A stretch of DNA of 64,000 nucleotides, taken from the NCBI GenBank assembly GCA_965220015.1, contig OZ244798.1, forward strand, positions 3,108,407-3,172,406. Reading direction: 5' to 3'. Shown here one piece after another: positions 32,356 to 39,805 of the stretch (position 1 is its first letter; each line of letters starts with the position of its first letter). The notes under the pieces were generated by a model. That model was not told the DNA's origin. It made no database searches and saw only the letters and a list, made by a program, of their open reading frames with translations. The DNA comes from Chloroflexota bacterium. GTDB taxonomy: Bacteria; Chloroflexota; UBA11872; VXOZ01. The position numbers and the translations under genes were made by a program.

Positions 32356-32547
32356 CTATTGCATCACGAGCGACAATTGGTACCACGCGCCATCGCCCCG
32401 CTTGGCAAACACACGAGCTAAGAAATCCAGGTCGGGCTTGGGGGGTGGTTCATCAGAGAGGACTATGTTGCCGATCCCAACCGGACCTTGCAAGAAGATT
32501 GGCGCGACAGGGTTGACGTGGTAGGGGCGCACGTATAAACTACGCAT
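32356..32547 (-). CDS. 63-aa hypothetical protein
   Basis: ORF track; preceded by hairpin and AGAAAG, like the 33703 module. Confidence 0.4.
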   Translation of the reverse strand: MRSLYVRPYHVNPVAPIFLQGPVGIGNIVLSDEPPPKPDLDFLARVFAKRGDGAWYQLSLVMQ

Positions 32548-32757
32548 TAGCTAGCTGCTTTCTGCCCCGGCGCTTCAACGCCGGGGCGGTTCCATTTAAC
32601 TGTTGCGCCTAGTGTATCAGGGTGCTACAAATGCTACTCCTGCCCCTCACGGGGCTAGCTGGAAACAACACAATTCCTGTGGCAATCTCAGTCTACCACA
32701 TAGCAAGGGTTGACAAGGGATAATTGGACAGTTAGCGTGAGGGTGAAAGGAGTGGTG

Positions 32758-32952
32758 ATGGATTCAAAAGAAGAACGCGTGGCACGTCTCGAAGGCGGCT
32801 ACGAACATCTGGCAACGAAGGCGGATGTTGAGCGAATCTTGGTGCAGATGGCGGAGTTGCGCGGTGAGTTTCGCGGTATCAAGTGGGCCCTGATTACTTC
32901 TATCGCCTTAGCCGGCATCACAGTTGCGGCCGTTGCCTTTCTCGCTAGTTAA
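32758..32952 (+). CDS. Small coiled-coil/C-terminal TM protein (DUF1640/XhlA-like 'HLATKAD' type)
   Basis: AAAGGAG RBS; RVARLEGGYEHLATKADV...KWALITSIALAGITVAAVAFL. Confidence 0.72.
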   Translation: MDSKEERVARLEGGYEHLATKADVERILVQMAELRGEFRGIKWALITSIALAGITVAAVAFLAS

Positions 32953-33039
32953 GAAGGAGGTGCGCTTTGATCTGTCTTTGTCCGTCGCCCATACGGGCGG
33001 CAAAGAGTAGGTCGTTCTTTGTCACAGAGGAGACTAGAC

Positions 33040-33336
33040 ATGAGAAAGCTCATCATCCTTGGGTTAGTCCTGATTTTGGCGTTGCTCCCAAGCAGCGCCT
33101 ACACCGCTGACACTCCCGACTACACCGATCCCACTGTCCTACAGGGAATCATGCAAGACTTGGAAGCGTCGGATGATCCGCATCAGGCGTTCTCCCAGCT
33201 ACCACCGGCGGTCCAGCAAGCGATCATGGATTCTATTCGGGAGAATGTGACGATTGAGGGACCGTTCGAGACTAGGAGCGGAGTTGTTCTCCATTGCCTA
33301 AGCCGCCACCATTACCCGCACCATAGCAAGGGTTGA
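33040..33336 (+). CDS. Secreted hypothetical protein, possibly 3'-truncated
   Basis: GAGGAG RBS; MRKLIILGLVLILALLPSSAYTA signal peptide; stop falls inside a direct repeat. Confidence 0.6.
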   Translation: MRKLIILGLVLILALLPSSAYTADTPDYTDPTVLQGIMQDLEASDDPHQAFSQLPPAVQQAIMDSIRENVTIEGPFETRSGVVLHCLSRHHYPHHSKG

Positions 33337-33347
33337 CAAGGGATAAT

Positions 33348-33376
33348 TGGTCAGGCAAGAGGGATGGGAATATAAT
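33348..33376 (+). promoter_or_regulatory. Sigma70-like promoter for the CAG tRNA-like gene
   Basis: TGGTCA-17 bp-TATAAT, followed by a perfect 26-bp palindrome 33377..33402. Confidence 0.6.
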
Positions 33377-33413
33377 AACCCCGTACCGATCGGTACGGGG
33401 TTTCGTTTTCTAC

Positions 33414-33508
33414 GGAGGGTATTGTCTGTCAGTACAGAACCAGTGCTCAGAACACTCGGAGCGCCAGGGCATAGTCCTGGCGTTGCGGTGCAACTCCGCT
33501 ACCCTCCG
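33414..33508 (+). tRNA. Non-canonical (8/4) allo-tRNA-like gene, anticodon CAG, Ser-type body
   Basis: Acceptor GGAGGGTA/TACCCTCC (8 bp) plus G73; D arm TCTGT-CAGT-ACAGA; anticodon AGTG-CT CAG AA-CACT; ~11-bp V arm; T arm GCGG-TGCAACT-CCGC (4 bp); no encoded CCA. Confidence 0.8.
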
Positions 33509-33702
33509 CAGCCTTTCACAAACCACCGCAACAGCTTCACTCTACAGTGGCTAGGATTAATTTGTCAACCCGCCGCCATTGCCCGCGCCATGAAGTCGTC
33601 CCAGGGCATCTCGGCTCGTCAAGTCCTCGTTTGGTAGACTAGACATAGTTAAATAGAGCCGCCCCGGCGCGTCAACGCCGGGGCAGAAAGGCAACCCAGG
33701 TT

Positions 33703-33906
33703 ATGGGTATTCTACGTCTACCTCGTCGCCGCGTCAAGTCCCCGTTTGCAGACGGCATCCCGAAGCGCAAACGACCTGCCACGCTCAATGGCGAGTGCGG
33801 GGCTTCGGCTTTTGCTAGTATAGAATCACAATTAAAAGCCACGCCCCCAGTGCGGAAACACTGGGGGCCAAACTCCAAGAAGGAGCATAGACATGTCTAT
33901 GCGTAG
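33703..33906 (+). CDS. Small basic hypothetical peptide
   Basis: Shares RRVKSPFADGIPKRKRPATL with the next ORF through a 61-bp duplication. Confidence 0.35.
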   Translation: MGILRLPRRRVKSPFADGIPKRKRPATLNGECGASAFASIESQLKATPPVRKHWGPNSKKEHRHVYA

Positions 33907-34054
33907 AGTACCCTTGCGTCCCCGCCGCGTCAAGTCCCCGTTTGCAGACGGCATCCCGAAGCGCAAACGACCTGCCACGCTCAGACCGCTACCTATGCCG
34001 CGCCTGAAACCGTTGACACCGCTGCCTAAGCTATCGCCATTGCCTGCGCCATGA
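33893..34054 (+). CDS. 53-aa Pro/Arg/Lys/Leu-rich peptide
   Basis: AAGGAG RBS; MSMRRVPLRPRRVKSPFADGIPKRKRPATLRPLPMPRLKPLTPLPKLSPLPAP; overlaps the transposase 3' end. Confidence 0.45.
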   Translation: MSMRRVPLRPRRVKSPFADGIPKRKRPATLRPLPMPRLKPLTPLPKLSPLPAP

Positions 34055-34883
34055 AGTCGTCCCAGGGCATCTCGGCCTTGCGGATATTGTACTTGTAGGT
34101 AGCCTCGTCGATGTAGGCGTGGGCGTGTTCCACCGTGTAGTGGTGGTGCTGGCCGGCAATGGCTCGCTTCACCAAGCTCCAGAACCCCTCGATGGTGTTC
34201 GTATGGGTGATACCGTCAACGTAGTGGATGCTGTGGTTGACCGTCTTGTGGGCCATCCAGTCGCGCACTTCGTTGTAGCCGGGGAACTGATCGGTCATGA
34301 GGACAGCTCGGGGATCCACGTTGCGGCGCAGGAAAGCGTTGATGAGCCGTGCCGTGACGCGGGGCGAGGGTTGCGCCTTCACCTTACCGTCGCGCTCGAC
34401 CGCGCCAACCACGGTGATCTTCTTCGTGCGGCCGCGCGAACGTTGCTCGTTGTTCTTGCGGGGCTTGCCGCCGATGTAGGTTTCGTCCGCTTCGACGATG
34501 CCGGACAGGAACGTGCTGTCGTCCACCATCGCCTTGCGGATGCGCATGGCCATGTACCAAGCCGACTTCTGGTTACAATCCAGGTCCCTGGCAAGCTGGC
34601 AGCTTGATACGGACTTCTTGGCGTTGATCAGGATAGCGATAGCGGCGAACCACTTTTGCAGGGGAATCTTCGTGCCCTGGAAGATGGTGCCGGAGAGGAC
34701 TTTGAAGGTGGACAGGCAGTTGTGGCAATTCCAGCGGCCCACGTGTTTATGCTCGGTCTTGCGGGCCACGTCGTTGCTGTTGCAGTAGGGGCAGCGAGGG
34801 TCGTCACCCCAGCGGAGCTGCTCCAGGTGGGCGATGCAGGCTTCCTGAGTGGGAAAGCGCTTGGCAATCGTCAAGAGGTTCAT
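34026..34883 (-). CDS. IS1595-family transposase
   Basis: LRW..CPYC...CHNC zinc ribbon; VEADETY, LMTD, NTIEGFWSLVKR catalytic motifs; CAGGAG RBS. Confidence 0.95.
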   Translation of the reverse strand: MNLLTIAKRFPTQEACIAHLEQLRWGDDPRCPYCNSNDVARKTEHKHVGRWNCHNCLSTFKVLSGTIFQGTKIPLQKWFAAIAILINAKKSVSSCQLARDLDCNQKSAWYMAMRIRKAMVDDSTFLSGIVEADETYIGGKPRKNNEQRSRGRTKKITVVGAVERDGKVKAQPSPRVTARLINAFLRRNVDPRAVLMTDQFPGYNEVRDWMAHKTVNHSIHYVDGITHTNTIEGFWSLVKRAIAGQHHHYTVEHAHAYIDEATYKYNIRKAEMPWDDFMAQAMAIA

Positions 34884-34911
34884 GGTATACTCCTGTTACC
34901 GGTAAGAAAAA

Positions 34912-34999
34912 GGAGCCGGTGGGATTCGAACCCACGGAAGCGCGCGCACACCTCACCCGATTCTCAGTCGGGTCCTTTAGACCGCTCAGGCACGGCTCC
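34912..34999 (-). tRNA. tRNA with Ser-type body and GAG (Leu) anticodon
   Basis: GGAGCCG TG CCTGAGCGGTCTAAAGG A CCCGA CT GAG AA TCGGG T GAGGTGT-GCGC-GCGCTTC C GTGGG TTCGAAT CCCAC CGGCTCC; next base U; no CCA. Confidence 0.85.
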
Positions 35000-35039
35000 T
35001 CGCAGAACCATCAGATTGAATTATCTGGTGGTTCTTTGC

Positions 35040-35048
35040 ATTATATCA
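35040..35048 (-). promoter_or_regulatory. Extended -10 promoter for the GAG tRNA and transposase
   Basis: TGA-TATAAT on the minus strand, then 13-bp hairpin 35004..35035 just before the tRNA. Confidence 0.6.
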
Positions 35049-35106
35049 GGGAAGCGCTTGGAGACTTCGAGTACATTCATAAGCAACCTTTCAAAGGGGT
35101 TTGAAC

Positions 35107-35310
35107 ATGACAGTGGATAATGGGGAACGGACATATTGTGTGCAATTGGATCCAGTGAGCGGATCATGGCCGCCTGTGATACGGCTAAAGGCAGACAAAC
35201 TAGCGAAGAAAGCTGGACCAGGGCAGCTTGTTTTCACACTCGGCGAAGAAGAAGTAGGGGAGATTACGGCGAAGGTCGCCGCGTGGTGGATTTGCGAAGA
35301 AACCGAGTAG
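35107..35310 (+). CDS. Small hypothetical protein
   Basis: AAGGGG upstream; MTVDNGERTY...EEVGEITAKVAAWWI. Confidence 0.55.
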   Translation: MTVDNGERTYCVQLDPVSGSWPPVIRLKADKLAKKAGPGQLVFTLGEEEVGEITAKVAAWWICEETE

Positions 35311-35342
35311 CTCATGGGCAATCTTTCTGAGGAGGGTATGGA

Positions 35343-35624
35343 ATGAAACGGGATATGGGTCTCATTCGGATGATTTTGGGTTATGTGGAAGAGAACGGGA
35401 ACGGGAACAGACCGTTACTTGCACCTGAATTTGAGCACTTTTGCCAGTTTGAGAAAGCTAAGATTGCGTACCATATTGGGTTGTGCCATGACGCAGGGTT
35501 CATCCTGCTAGCCAATTCTGTAGAGGCACACAGACGATGCACACACGGCGCGTACCAGATTATCGGACTTACCTGGGAAGGACACGAGAAGCTCGATGCA
35601 CTGCGTGGCGATCACTACGACTAA
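35343..35624 (+). CDS. DUF2513-like winged-helix protein
   Basis: MKRDMGLIRMIL, YHIGLC..AGFI, LTWEGHEKLD; GAGGAGG RBS. Confidence 0.8.
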   Translation: MKRDMGLIRMILGYVEENGNGNRPLLAPEFEHFCQFEKAKIAYHIGLCHDAGFILLANSVEAHRRCTHGAYQIIGLTWEGHEKLDALRGDHYD

Positions 35625-35667
35625 CCCTTTCACCTCCTGACTTCATTACCCCACCCCGTCAAGAGGT

Positions 35668-35985
35668 TCATGAGTTATTCTCTTGGGAAGCGCTCACGCT
35701 ACCAATACCGAAGGTGTGTAAGCATTCGGCGTCTTTGTTGATCTGATCCAACAACTCACGCAATTCCCTTATGCACTCAGCCAGATTGTCACGCTCACCA
35801 TAGAAGGATGGGATTGAAACGATGCTAGGATTATTTTGTAAGGATCGACCAAAGGACTCGATGGTCCCCCCCATACTTGAAAGTTTTGCGCGGATGACAA
35901 CTGCGCGTTGTTGATTAGAGATATGCCTGCGAACAAGATCGCCTAAAACTTGACTGTACTCTTCTTCCGTCATATCATTCTTCAT
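35668..35985 (-). CDS. Hypothetical helical protein
   Basis: AGGAGGT RBS; 105-aa ORF bracketed by 35-bp direct repeats. Confidence 0.65.
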   Translation of the reverse strand: MKNDMTEEEYSQVLGDLVRRHISNQQRAVVIRAKLSSMGGTIESFGRSLQNNPSIVSIPSFYGERDNLAECIRELRELLDQINKDAECLHTFGIGSVSASQENNS

Positions 35986-37325
35986 TCTCGTTACCTCCTG
36001 ACTTCATTATCCCACCCCGTCAAGAGGATGTCAAGTCCGAAACTACTAATTCCGGCTGAGGAAGCCCCCAAGACACTGGCGCAGACCACCGTCAGCGCCC
36101 TTATGGTGCTGCGGGGCCAGAACGAAACGTGGATCAAATCCTGGCTTACCATCTTTGCGGACTTCGAAGCCAAGCACCCCGAACATAAGCTGGAAATAAT
36201 CGATTCCGCATTCGACCAAGTTTCCGCAAGGGCGACCACTACCATGGCTGCCGGTTTCACGTTTGATGCCATCTACGGCTACTTTGGCTGGCTGGGGCTG
36301 TTTGTCGATGCGGGAATCATCCAGGCGATCAGTCCCCTCTTGGCGAAAGACACCGAAGTCTCCCAGGATGACTTCTATGAATTCGGATTTCTCAAACACA
36401 AAGGCATTGCCTATGGACTGGCGTGGCTGCTCACCGCCCACCCCATTTGGTCCAACAATGACAAGTTCGTCGAGGCGGGCTTGAAGACTCCCGCCGAGCT
36501 CGAAGCCGAAGGCAACTGGACGTGGGAAGCCGCGCTGGAAGCCGCAGTCAGGCTCACCAAGCGCGAGGGCGATGACCTCACGTTTGGCGGCCTGCAGATC
36601 TACCCCATGTACACGTCAAATCTGCCGTACTATGCCTGGGCGTGGGGCGCGGACTTGTGGAATGAAGGTTGCACGCAGGCCACGTTCAACACCCCTGCGT
36701 TTGCTGATGCGGTGCAATTCTGCGTCGACCTCTTTGCCAAACACAAGGTTATTGGCGGCAACTTCCTGGAAGGCACCTTGGGCATGTTCGAGCGGGCTAC
36801 CGGCGGCGTGCGCCAATTCGAGGAGAGGATCACGGCGCGCGACCTCTTCGAGATTGGCATGGCGCCCCGGCCGAAGGGGCCGAATGGCGAACGTGCAACG
36901 GTCATGACGCCCAGCGGTATCTTCATAGGCTATGGCGCCAAGAACGCGGAAGGCGGCTGGGCCTTCAGCAAATACACGGTGAGCGCCGACGCACTGCCGG
37001 AGATCGCAGCCACCGGCCACGGTCGCTTCACCGCCAACAAAAATCTGGAGCCGTTGACGCTCCATCCCTACGAGAACCCCGAAGTCTACAAGCAGATGGC
37101 AAGCGAAGGCCGGCCGGTGCCGCAATTGCTCAGGCAAGACGACTTCACCACCGAGTGGCGTGCCACGTGGGACGCAATGGTGAAGGGCTCGCTCACCGTC
37201 GCCGAGGGTATGGCGAAGACCCAAGCGCAGATGCAAGGCTGGATTAATAGAGGCGGCTGCCTGTGGTAGAAGCGCAAAGCCGCATTGCTTCGTTGAGATG
37301 CCGCTGCGTCATGGGGAAGACGCTG

Positions 37326-37806
37326 GTAGGGGCACGACGTGTCATAGCCCTACGTGACTGGACTAATAGAGGCGGCTGCCTGCGCTATTTGCTCAGAGCG
37401 CGGCGGTGCGCTCCACCGTTGCATCAGACCGGATACCGGTAGGGGCACGACGTGTCATAGCCCTACGTGACTGGACTAATAGAGGCGGCTGCCTGCGCTA
37501 TTTGCTCAGAGCGCGGCGGTGCGCTCCACCGTTGCATCAGACCGGATACCGGTAGGGGCACGATGTGTCATAGCCCTACGTGACTGGATTAATAGAGGCG
37601 GCTGCCTGCGCTATTTGCTCAGAGCGCTCCGCCGCGCTCCACCGTTGCACCAGACCGGACACCGGTAGGGGCACGATGTGTCATAGCCCTACGTGACTGG
37701 ATTAATAGAGGCGGCTGCCTGCGCTATTTGCTCAGAGCGCGGCGGTGCGCTCCACCGTTGCATCAGACCGGATACCGGTAGGGGCACGACATGTCGTGCC
37801 CCTACT
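37326..37806 (+). repeat. Tandem array of four 113-bp units plus terminal REP (BIME-like)
   Basis: GTAGGGGCACGA starts at 37326, 37439, 37552, 37665, 37778. Confidence 0.9.
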
Positions 37807-38023
37807 CCTTATCTTGTTGTCGAAGTTCATGAGTACCTCTTCGTCAATCAAGTGGGCATTACTCGTGGCGAAGAGACGCTGGAATTCGGCTTTCAGCGAA
37901 ATGGCAGTGTCTTGACAAACCCTTTTTGTGTAAACCACCTTTTTTCTCTCTTGACAGTCTTGCTTTTCTAGTACCATACTTTATACCGGAAGTCATGTAA
38001 TCAAACACGTAGGAGGCAAAGCG

Positions 38024-39379
38024 ATGCAGGGCGAAAGTAGTCGAATGACACGCCGGTTCGTGCTCCGAGGAGCCGCAGGTGGCGCGGGCCTGCTGGCACT
38101 GGCGGCATGCGGCACCGCGACCATGGCGCCCCAAGAAGGCGAAGCGCCTAAAGAAGAGATGAAGGCGGAAGAAGCGCCCAAGGCGATGGAGCCAACCGTC
38201 GTCAACGCGCTCATGGTGCTGCAGGGCCAGAACGAGACGTGGATCAACTCCTGGAATACCATCTTCGCCAACTTCGAAGCCAAGCACCCCGAATACAAGC
38301 TGGAAATCGCCGATTCCGGGTTTAGGGAAGTCACGACCAAAGCGGGCGCAGCCCTGGCGGCCGGTATTTCCTTCGACGACATCTACGGGTATTTCGGTTG
38401 GTTGGGGCCGTTTGTGGACGGAGGGATCATCCAGCCGGTCACGCCGCTGCTGGCGAAAGACTCTGAGGTATCCCCGGATGACTTCTACGAATCCGGCATT
38501 CTCAAGTACAAAGGCGTGGCGTACGGTCTCGCGTGGCTGCTCACCGCGCATCCCATTTGGTTCAACAAGGACAAGTTCGTTGAGGCTGGCCTGAAGACCC
38601 CGGCCGAGCTTGAAGATGAGGGCAACTGGACATGGGATGCCGTGCTGGAAGCCGCCGTGCGACTCACTAAGCGCGAGGGTGATGAAATCGCGTTTGGCGG
38701 CTTGCGCATCTACCCCACGCACACGTCCTACCTGCCCTACTATGCTTGGGCGTGGGGCGCGGACCTATGGAATGAAGGGTGCACGCAAGCCACGTTCAAC
38801 ACCCCGGAGTTTGCCGACGCGGTGCAATTCTGCGTAGACCTCTTTGCCAAGCACAGGGTAATCGGCGGCAACTTTCTCGAGGGCACCCTGGGCATGTTCG
38901 AGCGCGCAACCGGCGGCGTGCGCCAGTTCGAGGAGCGGATCACGGCCAACAATCTCTTTGAGATCGGCATGGCGCCCCGGCCGAAGGGGCCGAACGGCGA
39001 ACGCGCTACGGTCATGACACCCATCGGCATCTTCATCGGCGAAGGCGCCAAGAACCCCGAGGGCGGCTGGGCCTTCCTCAAGTACACGGTGAGCGCCGAC
39101 GCGCTGCCGGAGGTCGCTGCCACCGGTCAGGGTCGCTTTACGGCCAATAAGCATCTGGAACCGCTGACGCTCTTCCCGTATGAAAACGCCGAATATTACA
39201 AGCAGATGGCGAGCGAAGGCCGCCCGGTGCCGCAACTGCTGAAGCAGGGCGACTTCAATACCGAGTGGCGCGCCACGTGGGACGCCATGGCGGAGGGATC
39301 GCTCACCGTCGCTGAGGGTATGGCGAAGACCCAAGAGCAGGTGCAAGGCTGGATCAACGAAGGCGGCTGCCTGCGCTAA
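38024..39379 (+). CDS. ABC transporter solute-binding lipoprotein (Tat signal), carbohydrate-type SBP family 1
   Basis: TRRFVL twin-arginine, LAACG lipobox, WFNKDKF.EAGL, WTWD. Confidence 0.9.
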   Translation: MQGESSRMTRRFVLRGAAGGAGLLALAACGTATMAPQEGEAPKEEMKAEEAPKAMEPTVVNALMVLQGQNETWINSWNTIFANFEAKHPEYKLEIADSGFREVTTKAGAALAAGISFDDIYGYFGWLGPFVDGGIIQPVTPLLAKDSEVSPDDFYESGILKYKGVAYGLAWLLTAHPIWFNKDKFVEAGLKTPAELEDEGNWTWDAVLEAAVRLTKREGDEIAFGGLRIYPTHTSYLPYYAWAWGADLWNEGCTQATFNTPEFADAVQFCVDLFAKHRVIGGNFLEGTLGMFERATGGVRQFEERITANNLFEIGMAPRPKGPNGERATVMTPIGIFIGEGAKNPEGGWAFLKYTVSADALPEVAATGQGRFTANKHLEPLTLFPYENAEYYKQMASEGRPVPQLLKQGDFNTEWRATWDAMAEGSLTVAEGMAKTQEQVQGWINEGGCLR

Positions 39380-39805
39380 TCGCTCGAAGCGCGGCGGTGC
39401 GCTCCACAGTTGCATCAGACCGAAAACCGGTAGGGGCACGACATGTCGTGCCCCTACTTCGTTTCTCTCCTTGTGTCTGACCTGATTTGAAAACTCTCTC
39501 TATCTCCGGCATTAACCGGCATTAAGGACACGCCTGCGATTACCCGTGTAACTTAAGACGAAGCAGAAAGCCTGTTATGAACCTGGTCTGGTATCAACGA
39601 AAGCTAGTAGCTTCCCGATATCCACGCAGGTAGCCCGCAAAGCCCGTATTTTTCAAATTGCTTTGCATTCTATGCTAAAATATGAGGGATGCATTCTGCA
39701 AAAAGCATTGCGCAAAGGGGTGAGTCCATTCGGGATAAACAAGCGCAGTTCTCGCTAGGGTGCGGAAGAATTTTCTAGTAGTATTTGCCCAGGAGGGTAG
39801 ATTCG

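Larger units (their letters stand above)
31964..36054. mobile_element. IS1595-family transposon with passenger genes (~4.1 kb)
   Basis: Inverted repeats AATTAGTAGTTTCGGACTT at 31967..31985 and 36033..36051; direct repeat GCTGAGGAA at 31955..31963 and 36055..36063; internal IS1595 transposase. Confidence 0.93.
31817..37269 (+). pseudogene. ABC solute-binding lipoprotein gene split by transposon (5' part 31817..31963, 3' part 36055..37269)
   Basis: 5' part MGNRRRMTRRILLRG...LAACG...TKAEE; 3' part AEEAPKTLAQTTVSALMVL...; removing the insert restores a frame colinear with paralog 38024..39379 (KAEEAPK). Confidence 0.92.

Noticed and set aside
33414-33508. tRNA-Sec (selC)
   Set aside because: The D arm is Sec-like and TCA occurs off-centre in the loop, but the centred anticodon is CAG, the fold is 8/4 rather than bacterial 8/5, and no sel genes are present.
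33414-34999. Genome-wide CUN Leu-to-Ser codon reassignment
   Set aside because: CTG/CTC encode conserved Leu positions in housekeeping genes and in the transposase itself (e.g. HLEQLRW), so any recoding would be partial mistranslation.
34912-34999. Host tRNA serving as an integrase attachment site
   Set aside because: It lies inside the inverted repeats, there is no integrase, and I saw no duplicated tRNA 3' end.
35950-36054. N-terminus of ORF 35950..37269
   Set aside because: Read from the transposon end; the real N-terminus is at 31817.
37326-37806. CRISPR array
   Set aside because: Spacers between hairpins are near-identical, the period is 113 bp and there are no cas genes; it fits a REP tandem array.
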